Source: an uncultured Pseudomonadota bacterium
GTDB lineage: Bacteria; Oederibacteriota; Muellerivitia; Muellerivitales; Muellerivitaceae
Assembly (NCBI GenBank): GCA_963843375.1
Contig: CAWJKT010000001.1
Coordinates: 192,001-256,000 of the forward strand
Reading direction: 5' to 3'
DNA: 64,000 nt
Shown: positions 44,720 through 55,206 of the stretch, in pieces
Layout of the letters: each line of letters opens with the position of its first letter
How positions within the stretch are numbered: the stretch's first letter is position 1
Position numbers and translations under genes: made by a program
Notes under the pieces: generated by a model
What the model was told of the DNA's origin: nothing
The model's input: the letters and a program-made list of their open reading frames with translations, nothing else
The model's database searches: none

Positions 44720-47104
44720 ATGCGACGTTTTTGTTCGCACTTGATCGGATGCCTTCTGGGATTTGGAATTCTACTTGCTAGTAATTGGATTTCGTGGGCT
44801 GATGACATTGAAATCGATATGAGCGCGGGCTCCACTCCAACCCCAAACAGAGCGTCTCCTTTAAAGGTTGTTCCGACGCCTGAAGTCACTACAAAGGATA
44901 ATGAAACTCCCGTAATTGACAATTCGAAAAATGATTCCGGTTTAGCTGAAACGCCTTCCTCGAAAGAAAAAGGAGTGGGCGGAAAAAGAATTATTAATGC
45001 ATTGAATTTTACGACTGAAAATAATGGCGTTAAAGTTTCAATCGAAGGAAATAATCTTCCGAAACCTTTAATTCAAAAGTTGCCGAATAATAGAATATTG
45101 TTAAAGTTTGTTAAGACAAAATTAAATATAGCGACCAAAATTGAGGGCGGGGTTTCTTTAGTGAAGGATGTTCGCTCTTCAATTCATGGTGGAACGGCAT
45201 GGCTGGTTCTGGATGTCGATAATATCAAAAAGTTAAATCTTGAAAAGTCAGAGGTGGGTTTTTCATTATTTCTCAACTCGGAACAAGTTGAAAATAACGC
45301 GAATATTCCAGAAACCACTGTTCCGGTGGCTGATAGCACGGGGGATAAACAAAAGGGTTTGTTTTCCAGGCTCGTTGATGTTTCTTTAAAACCAACCGTT
45401 AACGGTATTAAAGTGGTTTTGACCTGCGATGGTCCTTCAAAGTATATAATCCGAAAATTATCTCAACCCGAAAAATTAATTATACGTTTTCAGGACACCA
45501 AATTAGAAATCGACGATAAATTAAAAACAATCAAAGCAAATGAAAATGAAATTCAAAAAGGTGGGTTGCTTTCAGTGGACAGTCGACAAATAGGTCCCGG
45601 TTTTTCGCCGATTTCGGAGGTTATGTTAACACTCGTTCCAGGAACGATAAGCCAAATTGATCGGGATTTGAATCAAGTGGTTCTGAATTTGTCGGCTCCG
45701 CCGGTCGTTCAAAAACCCGAGGAGAAAAAAGGAAATCTGAATCAAATTATTTCAATGGATCTTGAAAGCGCTGATATTAATGCCGTGATTAAAACAATTG
45801 CAGGGGAAGCTGGTTTTGAAGTGAATTTTGTGGGAGGCCCTTTGACCGGCATAGTTTCAGAAAAGTTTAAGGATATTCCTTTTAAAACAGCTCTTTCCGA
45901 TTTGCTGGCTCCGGGAAATTATGGTTATGACCTTCAAGGAAATACTCTCCGGGTTGGTCCGCAAGCTACCCTTAAAAGCACGAAGTTGATTTTGCCGCAT
46001 ATCACTGAAATTATAAATACTGCCGGTGGAAAAACTCCGGATGCATTTGATACTTTGGTGAGGTCCGTTCTACCCCCATCGAACGCTTCGACTAGTTTTT
46101 TTGATACGACTCGAAATGTAATAATTTTAAATGGAACGGCTTCTGATATTGAAGAATACAAAATGGCTATTAAGGATTTGAAGCTTGATGAGGGCTCGTT
46201 TGGGGACCGGATTATTAGGGTTGTTAAGTTAAACTATGCCGATGCCGCACAAATAAGTGTCCTCTTAACACCTTATTTGACCCCTGTGGGTAAAGTTCAA
46301 ATTAAAAAAGATTTACAACAGTTGGTAATTTGGGAGACTCCCGAAAGAATGGGTGTTCTTTTGGAATTAATCAATGAGTTGGATATCAAGCCGCCACAGG
46401 TATTAATTGAATCCAACATTATTGAAATTGATGATGAGAATGATTCAGCTATGGGGGTTGTTTGGTCCGCAAATCGAGGAACAGGCAATCCTACATTTTC
46501 AGCTGGAGTTGATCTTCCTCCCACAAATACAAATGCTGCTCCAGGAATATTGAGTTTTGGAACGGTTCAGAGCGGCATGAATATTTCTGCAAATATAGAA
46601 GCGTTAGTCACGCACAAAAAAGGGAAGGTCATTTCGCGGCCCAGAGTATCGACCCAAAGTGGAATTACAGCTGAAATAAACGAAACGGAAAATGTCATTA
46701 TCCCTACGATTACCCAAACTTCCGTTCCTAACGTTGGCATTCAAACGGTCGAAACATTTACATCGGTAGCCCTTCCTATCGATCTAAAAGTGACTCCTCG
46801 CATATCGGATGACGGAAAGATTACAACTGTGATCAGTGCTTCCATCACCACACCAAATGGAATTGCGGCACCCAACGCACCCCCGCCAACGAGTGTTCAA
46901 ACGGCTACAACTACCATCACGACAAAAAATGGAGAAACAATCGTGATTGGCGGACTTGTAAGGGACGTTGTACAAGAAGAAACCGATGGATTGCCACTAT
47001 TGTCTAGTCTTCCAATAATTGGAAGTTTGTTTCAAGTGCATTCCAAGACTGATCAAAAAGAAGAGTTAGTTATATTTGTCACTCCTACCTTGCTTGAAGA
47101 TTAG
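44720..47104 (+). CDS. pilQ: Type IV pilus secretin with AMIN-like N-terminal domains
   Basis: LDIKPPQVLIESNIIE, NGETIVIGGL, LPLLSSLPIIGSLF, ELVIFVTP. Confidence 0.9.
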   Translation: MRRFCSHLIGCLLGFGILLASNWISWADDIEIDMSAGSTPTPNRASPLKVVPTPEVTTKDNETPVIDNSKNDSGLAETPSSKEKGVGGKRIINALNFTTENNGVKVSIEGNNLPKPLIQKLPNNRILLKFVKTKLNIATKIEGGVSLVKDVRSSIHGGTAWLVLDVDNIKKLNLEKSEVGFSLFLNSEQVENNANIPETTVPVADSTGDKQKGLFSRLVDVSLKPTVNGIKVVLTCDGPSKYIIRKLSQPEKLIIRFQDTKLEIDDKLKTIKANENEIQKGGLLSVDSRQIGPGFSPISEVMLTLVPGTISQIDRDLNQVVLNLSAPPVVQKPEEKKGNLNQIISMDLESADINAVIKTIAGEAGFEVNFVGGPLTGIVSEKFKDIPFKTALSDLLAPGNYGYDLQGNTLRVGPQATLKSTKLILPHITEIINTAGGKTPDAFDTLVRSVLPPSNASTSFFDTTRNVIILNGTASDIEEYKMAIKDLKLDEGSFGDRIIRVVKLNYADAAQISVLLTPYLTPVGKVQIKKDLQQLVIWETPERMGVLLELINELDIKPPQVLIESNIIEIDDENDSAMGVVWSANRGTGNPTFSAGVDLPPTNTNAAPGILSFGTVQSGMNISANIEALVTHKKGKVISRPRVSTQSGITAEINETENVIIPTITQTSVPNVGIQTVETFTSVALPIDLKVTPRISDDGKITTVISASITTPNGIAAPNAPPPTSVQTATTTITTKNGETIVIGGLVRDVVQEETDGLPLLSSLPIIGSLFQVHSKTDQKEELVIFVTPTLLED

Positions 47105-47194
47105 CGGTAATTAAACATAAAGCAATCACCTTCGAAGGTGATTATCTTTTTACAAATAATCAAAGCCAGCCTAAATTTCATGGAGATATGAATC

Positions 47195-48358
47195 GTGAAT
47201 ATACGTTTTTTAACGGCAGGTGAGTCGCACGGAAAAGGCACGGTGGCCATTTTAGAAGGTTTTCCGGCTGGATTACCTATTTCTGCTGCCGAAATAAACA
47301 CAGAATTAGCGCGACGACAAAAAGGCTACGGTCGTGGAGGCCGTATGCTTATTGAAAGCGATCATGTCGAAATACTTTCAGGTATCCGAAGAGGAGAAAC
47401 TTTAGGATCGCCAATAACTTTGTTCGTTAAAAATAAAGACTATGAGAATTGGGAAAAAATCATGACTCCTGATTTTTCAAGTGAAAAAACAGGAAACCTA
47501 CTTCAAAGACCTAGGCCAGGTCACGCTGATTTACCAGGGGGGATTAAATACAATCATAGGGATTTGAGAAACATATTAGAAAGAGCAAGTGCCCGGGAAA
47601 CAACCGCTAGAGTAGCGGCGGGAGCGGTCGCAAAAAAATTTTTAAAAACATTCAATATTTTAATTCAAAGTCATGTAAGACAATTGGGTTCGTCCGTATC
47701 AAACAGTAAAATTTTAAAATATGAAGGTCTTAATGAAAAAGCGGATAAATCCCCTGTCCGAATTTTGGAAAAAAAGGCGGAAAAAAAGGCTATTGCCCTT
47801 ATTGATCAAGCAAAATTAAAAGGTGATACTTTAGGCGGGATCTTTGAAATTATAATAACTGGTGTTCCTATCGGACTTGGGAGCCATGTTCAATGGGATA
47901 GGAAATTAGATGGACGATTAGCTCAATCCTTGTTGAGTTTACAAGCTATTAAAGGAATTGAATTTGGCGAAGGTTTTAGAAATGCGGGTAGATTTGGATC
48001 GGAAGTTCATGACGAAATTGCCTATAGTAAGTCTAAGGGTTTTTATCATTTCTCAAATAACGCCGGAGGAATTGAAGGCGGAATGAGTAATGGAGAGCCT
48101 ATTGTATTGCGAGTGGCCAAAAAACCCATTTCGACCCTTCGTAAGCCATTGCGGTCCGTTAATATTGAAAGCAAAAAAGAAATCAAGGCGGCATATGAAC
48201 GCTCGGATGTTTGTGCCCTGCCCGCGGCAGCAGTTATCGGAGAGGCTCTCTGTGCCTGGGTTATTTCAGAAGCCTTTTTAGAGAAAATGGGCGGCGATTT
48301 TATGAAAGAAATCCAAGAACGATTTAAAGTTTATTTAAAGCACATAAGAGAGTATTAA
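47195..48358 (+). CDS. aroC: Chorismate synthase
   Basis: TAGESHG, RPGHAD, ERASARET, GGIEGGMSNG, ERSD. Confidence 0.96.
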   Translation: MNIRFLTAGESHGKGTVAILEGFPAGLPISAAEINTELARRQKGYGRGGRMLIESDHVEILSGIRRGETLGSPITLFVKNKDYENWEKIMTPDFSSEKTGNLLQRPRPGHADLPGGIKYNHRDLRNILERASARETTARVAAGAVAKKFLKTFNILIQSHVRQLGSSVSNSKILKYEGLNEKADKSPVRILEKKAEKKAIALIDQAKLKGDTLGGIFEIIITGVPIGLGSHVQWDRKLDGRLAQSLLSLQAIKGIEFGEGFRNAGRFGSEVHDEIAYSKSKGFYHFSNNAGGIEGGMSNGEPIVLRVAKKPISTLRKPLRSVNIESKKEIKAAYERSDVCALPAAAVIGEALCAWVISEAFLEKMGGDFMKEIQERFKVYLKHIREY

Positions 48359-48367
48359 TCTGCAAAA

Positions 48368-48907
48368 ATGGGAAAACCTTCCAACATTATCCTTGTCGGT
48401 TTTATGGGTTCAGGAAAAACTTCAACGGGTAAAGAACTATCAAAAGCACTGGGCTACAATTTTTTTGATATGGATAATTGGATAGAAGAGAAAAATGAGA
48501 AGAAAATATCAGAGATTTTTGAGAAAAATGGAGAAGCTTATTTTCGCCAACAAGAAATAGAAGCAATCAAATGGCTCGAGGGAAAAAATGATTATGTGGT
48601 GTCAACGGGTGGTGGAACTTGGATCGATAAAAAAAACAGGGAAAATCTTTCAAAATTGGGTTGGTGTATTTGGCTTAAAGTTGCCCCTGAAAGTTTATGG
48701 AAAAGGGTTTCAAATCATTTGGATCAGCGGCCTTTGTTGTCAAAATCTAAAAATCCAGTTGAATATCTTGAAACATTATTAAAAGAAAGAATTCCATTTT
48801 ATTCACTTGCTCAAGCTAGTTTTGATTCAAGTGAAAAGAGTCCGAAAGAAATAGCGCTTGAAATTATCGAGACCTTGAAAAAGAACCGACCATTTGACTT
48901 AACATAA
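48368..48907 (+). CDS. aroK: Shikimate kinase
   Basis: GFMGSGKT, GEAYFR, STGGG, RPLL. Confidence 0.95.
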   Translation: MGKPSNIILVGFMGSGKTSTGKELSKALGYNFFDMDNWIEEKNEKKISEIFEKNGEAYFRQQEIEAIKWLEGKNDYVVSTGGGTWIDKKNRENLSKLGWCIWLKVAPESLWKRVSNHLDQRPLLSKSKNPVEYLETLLKERIPFYSLAQASFDSSEKSPKEIALEIIETLKKNRPFDLT

Positions 48908-48982
48908 CGATATAAACAAACTCCCGAATTTTGCAGAATTGCGATCCAAGAAAAATATTTTTAGTTTATGGTGATTTTGTTC

Positions 48983-50107
48983 ATGAAAAACGAGCCAAAA
49001 GTGCAAAAAAAAATAAAAGTTAATTTAGGCGATAGAGGCTATAAAATTTTTATTCAAAACAATATTTTGAATAAAAGCGGGGCAATAGTTAAGGAAATTA
49101 CTCGATCTAATAAAATCGCGATATTATCAAATCCCTTTATTTTTAAAAAATATGGAAAAGGTTTAATTGAAAGCTTAAAAAAATTTGGTTTGCAAACGAC
49201 TTTAATTTTTATCTCTGAGGGAGAACAGAATAAAAATGAGCGTTCTTTACTTTACATCATTAAAAATTTGGCACGAAATGGTTTTCAAAGAGATCATTGC
49301 CTCCTTGCATTGGGTGGTGGCGTAATCGGCGATTTAGGTGGGTTGGCGTCTTCGATTTATATGCGAGGAATTGATTTTATTCAATGTCCCACTACTTTTT
49401 TGTCCCAAGTTGACGCGAGCATTGGAGGTAAAACAGCGATTGATTTTGAAGGGATTAAAAATTTAATAGGAACTTTTTACCAGCCTAAAGTAGTTTTAAT
49501 CGATCCGATTGTGCTTAAAACTTTAGACAACCGCCCATTTAAAACGGGGTTGGCCGAAGTTATTAAATATAGCGTGATCCAAGATGAGAAAATGTTTGAA
49601 TTTATTGAGAACAATATTGACCTTATTTTGAAAAGAGATCCTAAAATAATTCATTATCTAATTACAAAATCCTGTGATATTAAAGCCAAAATTGTTTCTC
49701 GAGACGAAAAAGATGAAGGTCGGCGCGCCTGGCTTAATTATGGACATACATTAGGTCACGCCCTGGAGTCTTATTACAAATACCAAGTATTAACCCATGG
49801 AGAAGCAATATCTTTTGGAATGTGGTTTGCCACTTTACTTTCATTAAGACTCAAATTGTGTTCGGCCGATGTTTTGAAACGCCAATTTGAATTGTTTAAA
49901 AAAGTGGGATTGCTTCAAAAACTTCCATATTTTGATCCGCGAAAAGTTTATCAAAAGATGTTTTTGGACAAAAAAGTCCGAAATGGTCAAGTCCAATTTG
50001 TATTGACAAGAAAAATTGGTCTTGTTACTATTCAAAAAAATATCTCAAAATCAACGATTTTTTCTGCTTTAAATCAACTCCAGGTTGAAGCAAGTGAGTT
50101 AAAATAA
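48983..50107 (+). CDS. aroB: 3-dehydroquinate synthase
   Basis: GGGVIGD, PTT...QVDASIGGK, LNYGHTLGHA, HGEA. Confidence 0.95.
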   Translation: MKNEPKVQKKIKVNLGDRGYKIFIQNNILNKSGAIVKEITRSNKIAILSNPFIFKKYGKGLIESLKKFGLQTTLIFISEGEQNKNERSLLYIIKNLARNGFQRDHCLLALGGGVIGDLGGLASSIYMRGIDFIQCPTTFLSQVDASIGGKTAIDFEGIKNLIGTFYQPKVVLIDPIVLKTLDNRPFKTGLAEVIKYSVIQDEKMFEFIENNIDLILKRDPKIIHYLITKSCDIKAKIVSRDEKDEGRRAWLNYGHTLGHALESYYKYQVLTHGEAISFGMWFATLLSLRLKLCSADVLKRQFELFKKVGLLQKLPYFDPRKVYQKMFLDKKVRNGQVQFVLTRKIGLVTIQKNISKSTIFSALNQLQVEASELK

Positions 50108-50110
50108 TTT

Positions 50111-51407
50111 ATGGCGAAGGATATAAATACGTCCGAAATAATCGAGTTAAAAAAGAAATTAGACGAAAATCCTGACTCGCTTATTTTTGCCCCTTTGGCT
50201 GATGCTTATCGAAAGAACGGGGGGTTGGAAGAAGCCTTTAAGATATGCAAGAAGGGTTTAGAAAAACATCCTAACTATACAAGCGCAAGAGTTGTTTTGG
50301 GGCGAATCTATCAGGAACAGGAAAAAATAGATCAGGCCGCCAACGAATTTAAAAAGGTTTTAGAAACGGATCCGGAAAATTTAATGGCCCATTCTCTCCT
50401 CGGGGCAATCTATGTTGCGCGAGGGAGATTGCCAGTCCGCAATCGAAGAGTATCAAAAAATATTGACCTTGAACCCTGATGATGAAGAAACTCAAGGGGC
50501 CCTCAAACAAGCAATTGAAAAAGCAGCGGAAGAACAAAAATCAAATAATGGGCCCAAAAAAGAGTTATTGGCTTCCGAAAAAAAGAACTCTCCAAAAGAA
50601 AGTACGGCTTCGTTAACCATAGCTGAACTTTATTTAAAACAAGGTCATTTTGATAAAGCTGTTGAAGTCTTCCAAGAACTTTTAGCCAATGATCCCCAGA
50701 ATTTGATGTTGCGTCAAAAATTAATGGAAGTTGTAGACCGTCAACAAAAAGAATCTTCTGTTGATACGAGTGTATCCAAATTAAAGAAAAGTGAATTTAT
50801 TCAACCGCCTGACCATAAAGAAGACGTTCTTGAGGAAAGCCGACCAGATTTAAAACGTCCAGTGACAGCCAAAAAAAATGACGATACAAAATTTACAAGT
50901 GATGATATCTTGCAGGTGATGCGTCGTGGCGGAAAAGATGATGTTGTGGTTGAAGAAGGAAGCGATTTTGATAAACCTAAAAATAATTCAAAATTGGTTC
51001 GAGATGTTAAAGTGGGAAGTCCGGAAAAGAAGCAAGACAGTTTATTGTCATCCGAACAGATTGAGAATTTAAAAGGAATTTTATCCGAACTTGGTTCTGT
51101 TGAAGGAATTATGAGATGCCTTTTAACAAAGGGAGACGGAATAAATATTGTTTCTTTTGGCGAACAAACCAACAGTAGTGAACTAGGTAAAGAAACAGCC
51201 GTTATTTTTGAAAACACGAATAAATCGGTTGCCCAACTTAATCAGGGCAAATTGAATCAAGTGCTTATTACAGCAGATTCGGGACACATATTATTGGTAT
51301 CATTTAAAGATTTTGTTTTAATTGTTTTAGCTAACAGCAGGATAAATCTTGGATTATTGAGGCTAGCTTTGGATTCTGCCATCAAGAAACTCGACAGAAT
51401 TTTATAG
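50111..51407 (+). CDS. TPR-repeat protein with C-terminal roadblock/LC7 domain (frameshift near 50420)
   Basis: FAPLADAYRK...ARVVLGRIY, TIAELYLKQGH TPRs; C-terminal LNQGKLNQVLI...NLGLLRL. Confidence 0.8.
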
Positions 51408-51478
51408 TTTTCCAATAAAAAAAAAACTATATTGATCTGCCTTGATGGATTTAAAAGAAATTCGGGCAGGATTACTTC

Positions 51479-51838
51479 ATGGATTTTAAAAAAATATTAG
51501 AAGAAACTCTTTCAAATGTTGAAGGGGCTATAGGAGCAGGATTAGTTGGAATGGATGGGATTGTTATTGACCAAATTTCACACAATTCTACTTTTGACAT
51601 TAACGCAGTTGGCGCAGAGTACTCAAGCATTATTAAAAATGCAATGCGCGCTTCCTCAAATTTCGGACTTGGAAATACCACCGAAATTTTAATCACTACT
51701 GATAAAGCAACAATGATCATGATGATGGTCGGTTTAAATTATTTCGTGACTCTTGCCATTAATCTTGACGGGAACTTAGGAAGAGGTCGGTTGGAGTTGA
51801 AGAAGGCTATTCCTAAGTTTGAAAAAGAGTTGACCTGA
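51479..51838 (+). CDS. Roadblock/LC7 (MglB-like) protein
   Basis: VEGAIGAGLVGMDGI, GNLGRGR. Confidence 0.85.
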   Translation: MDFKKILEETLSNVEGAIGAGLVGMDGIVIDQISHNSTFDINAVGAEYSSIIKNAMRASSNFGLGNTTEILITTDKATMIMMMVGLNYFVTLAINLDGNLGRGRLELKKAIPKFEKELT

Positions 51839-51842
51839 TTCT

Positions 51843-52680
51843 TTGGCGCCCCAATTGAATGTTCAGCCGGCTGCACCTTTCCCAAAAATCTCAGTTTTAT
51901 TTACCCTAAAAGAAATTATTAAATCTTGGTTCTGGCGATATTTTGATAATTTCTTTCATCTTGTTTTCTATAATTTTTGCTGGGTGTTTTCATGTTTTGG
52001 TTTTGGTTGGTTATTTGTGCACTTTAATTTCGGGGCCTTTTTAAAGCAGATAAGGTTCTTGGATGTTTTTTTGATTTATATATTGGAAACGATGATTTCG
52101 CTTGGTTGGGCTTACCTCGTTTTTAAAGTTTTTATTGAGGGGGAAGGAAGCTTACGGGATGTTTGGCTGGGGATCAGAAAATATATATTTAAAGCAATGG
52201 GTGTTTCAATTATTTCGGGGTTTGTTGTAGGTATTTCATTATTTAATATCCGATTTTATTTTCATCTTAATAACCCGCATCGGTTTACTGATTTTTTATT
52301 AATGGGTTTTATTGCTTGGATTTTGGCTTTTTGGATATCGAGTTCTGCATATTATTGGCCGGTATTATTTTTTCAAAATCCTCCATTTCTTAAGATCTTT
52401 TACAAATCATTCCTCCTGGTTCTTGGAAATTGGCCTCTTTCCATTCTAACGTTATTCATTTGTTTAGCTTTTATATTGTTATTTTCAATTGTTTGGCCAT
52501 TATGGTTCTTTGTTGGAGGTGTTCTTTTGTTTTCGCTTCAATGTGTTACCCTTGAAAAACAACTGTCTAATGTATAAAATAACTTATGGGAATAAACCTT
52601 TGGATGCTCTTATGGAGATATGGGACCATGAACAACAACGAGGTTGGCGTGAATTTTTTAAACCATGGGAGAATAAATGA
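51843..52680 (+). CDS. Hypothetical multi-pass membrane protein (frameshift near 52565)
   Basis: Several TM helices; the C-terminus continues in ORF 52489..52680. Confidence 0.65.
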
Positions 52681-52964
52681 AAGAGTCTAAAAAATGGATA
52701 AATGTGTCTATATGTATTGTTTCCATTTATCTTCTTTTTAGTGGCAACCGCGGTTTATGGAATCTCTATAAACTTAATCAAGAAAAAAATAGTTTGTCTA
52801 AACAAGTTTTAATATTGAAAAACCAAATTGACAACTTTCAAGTGGAGTATAAATATTTTTCAAAAAGTAGTTCGGCTTTTGAAAAACAAGCGCGAGAAGA
52901 TTTGAACCTAGTGAAACCAGGAGAGTTGGTTTACAAATTTGCAAAAAAAGATGGTCAATATTAG
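52677..52964 (+). CDS. Septum formation initiator (FtsB/DivIC family)
   Basis: TM, GNRGL, coiled coil, EKQAREDLNLVKPGE. Confidence 0.85.
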   Translation: MKESKKWINVSICIVSIYLLFSGNRGLWNLYKLNQEKNSLSKQVLILKNQIDNFQVEYKYFSKSSSAFEKQAREDLNLVKPGELVYKFAKKDGQY

Positions 52965-52977
52965 CTCCGAATCTTGA

Positions 52978-53006
52978 TTGACTTCCATTCCCTTGGCCGG
53001 TATCCT
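52978..53006 (+). promoter_or_regulatory. sigma70 promoter for the tRNA pair
   Basis: TTGACT-N17-TATCCT. Confidence 0.5.
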
Positions 53007-53104
53007 GTTTTTCTTTTTAACGCATCTTGAAAAACCTTTGACTACATTTTCAAAAGAACCAAAATTTGAATTTTTGGTTTAGAAGTGGTGATCGGGTGTT
53101 TTTC

Positions 53105-53192
53105 GCCGAGATGGCGGAACTGGCAGACGCAAGGGACTTAAAATCCCTCGGGCCTAAAGCCCGTCCCGGTTCGATTCCGGGTCTCGGCACCA
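53105..53192 (+). tRNA. tRNA-Leu(TAA)
   Basis: GCCGAGA/TCTCGGC acceptor stem, AGGGA-CTTAAAA-TCCCT anticodon arm, long variable arm, GTTCGA, encoded CCA. Confidence 0.95.
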
Positions 53193-53244
53193 TTGATTTG
53201 TTATTTTCATTTAAAAGTCCGAGCGCTTTAATGCGCCAAAAAGA

Positions 53245-53321
<77 letters not shown>

Positions 53322-53330
53322 TTGTTAATA

Positions 53331-53358
53331 AAGTCGCTCCGTAAGGAGCGGCTTTTTT
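53331..53358 (+). terminator. Intrinsic terminator after the tRNAs
   Basis: AAGTCGCTCC-GTAA-GGAGCGGCTTTTTT. Confidence 0.85.
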
Positions 53359-53616
53359 AATTTAATTTTTTTAGAAGTCGAACCTCCCATTTTAAAAAAA
53401 CATTTAAATTTATATCTTATTGTTGAACGAATTTACGAGCTCCTGCCAATTGCAATTTAAGGACAAATTAAAATTAACCATAGAACCGCTTGAGCGTTAT
53501 GAAGGATTATGTCGAGGCGCGGTGTTAAATTAGAAGACAAGTGTAAAATATTCAAAAGCCAGCTTTATTCTTTTGGTATCAAAAAAACTATCGAACAAAT
53601 TCAAGGTTAGGTTAGC

Positions 53617-54406
53617 TTGCGTTTATCCGCTTCCATATCGCCTTGGCTTCCGTTATTAAAAGATTTTCTTTCAACTCTCATCGTTTTGGAAGAAAAGGCT
53701 GCGGAGCTTTATCACCTATCCTTTAATGGAAAAACCATGTTTCCCTTATGGATCGAGATGTTACTGTTTTGGGAGTGGAAAATAGCGGACGTTTAAAACA
53801 AAAATTGCATGATCATCTTTTAAAACAAGGTTTTCACCGTACTTTTAAAAAAAATGGCCCGGGCCAAAAAGTCAATCCGTGCTATTTTCGAGAGGATTTG
53901 GGAGTCATTCAGTTTGTTTGTCCGCAAATTCGTTTAAACCAAAAGGTTTCAACTCTGGTTTAGCGGCTCTTCCTGACAAACGATTTGCATTTCTTTTGGA
54001 AAATCCTCATTTTGTTGATGTGTCTTATCTGGGTATTCAATATGAAGTTCTTTTGCCACAAGTAGGAAGGTTTATTTTAGATAAGGGTTTACAATTGAGT
54101 AGCGGACGTTTTTTGAATCCTAACAAAATTTATGAGTCGGCACGAAACCTTTTAATTATTCTGGACTTATTGGTGGCAAATGATGATTTACAAGAAGAGA
54201 CATTGAATGACTTTTTAGAAATTCGGCCCCCCGCACTCGTTAAGGAGTTTTTTAGAATTTTGAAAGAAAATGGCCCAGGATCGGTGATTTGGGATTCCGC
54301 CCAAAAATTTTATTTGGAAAGATATTCGGAATCAAGAATAGTTACATTGACCAAGTGGTATTGGAAGTTTCTCCCCAGCGCCGCACGGTTCCTAAAAAAC
54401 CAATGA
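53617..54406 (+). CDS. Hypothetical protein, possibly a degenerate nucleotidyltransferase fold (two frameshifts; start approximate)
   Basis: Joined from three frames: PWLPLLKDFLSTLIVLEEKAAELY, HLLKQGF...IQFVCP, GLAALP...LLENP...LPQVGRFILDKGL. Confidence 0.45.
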
Positions 54407-54441
54407 AGTAATGAATCCTATGGGGTCGGTGAAATGATAGA

Positions 54442-55206
54442 ATGGATTTAATGACCTCTTCTAAGAAACATAAGGCTCCACAAACAGGACCCGTTGCGCT
54501 CGTCACGGGGGCTGCCAGCCCTTTGGGTACTGCGATTTGTTTTAAATTGGCCGAACAAGGAACCCATCTAGCTCTCCACTTTGGAAGGTCTCAGGAAAAT
54601 ACTTTAAAACTTCAAAGAAATTTGAAAAAATTTCGAATCGAAACACTTGTTTTACGTGCCAATTTCGGTAAATCGACCCAAATAGAATCGCTCATCGGAC
54701 AAATTACTCAAAAATGGGGAAGATTGGATCTCTTGGTCAACAACGCTTCACTCTTTCAACCTAGCCTTTTGACCGTTAAGAGTTGGGCAAAGTGGACAGA
54801 AATATTCCAGGTGAACGCTTTATCACCCTGTTTGCTGACAACAGCCGCATTTCCATGGCTTCGAAAAACCAATGGAAGCGTTGTAAATATAACCGATATT
54901 TACGGTGAACAGCCCATTCTCAAGAACTATCCAGGTTATTCTGTTTCCAAAGCTGCATTGATATTTCTGACAAAGTATTTAGCCTTGGAATTTTCTCCTC
55001 ACGTAAGAGTAAATGCGGTTTCGCCAGGGGTTATTACTTTTCCCAAGGACTATAAGAAAATCAAGAAAAAAGAATTAATTCAAAAGACTGCCTTGCGGCG
55101 AGAAGGTACACCTGAAGAAATTGCGGATGCTGTTTTATTTTTGACTAAAAATAAGTTTGTCACTGGACAAATTTTAAAAGTGGATGGAGGCCGATTTATT
55201 TATTGA
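54442..55206 (+). CDS. SDR oxidoreductase, pteridine reductase/FolM-like
   Basis: ALVTGAA, LVNNASLF, NITD, YSVSKAAL, VDGGR; next to folB-folK. Confidence 0.85.
   Translation: MDLMTSSKKHKAPQTGPVALVTGAASPLGTAICFKLAEQGTHLALHFGRSQENTLKLQRNLKKFRIETLVLRANFGKSTQIESLIGQITQKWGRLDLLVNNASLFQPSLLTVKSWAKWTEIFQVNALSPCLLTTAAFPWLRKTNGSVVNITDIYGEQPILKNYPGYSVSKAALIFLTKYLALEFSPHVRVNAVSPGVITFPKDYKKIKKKELIQKTALRREGTPEEIADAVLFLTKNKFVTGQILKVDGGRFIY

Noticed and set aside
48897..48924. Possible dif site in the AT trough (minus strand TTATGTTAAGT matches a XerD arm)
   Set aside because: The XerC arm does not fit at a 6-bp spacer, the match overlaps the aroK stop codon in AT-rich DNA, and gene orientation does not switch there.
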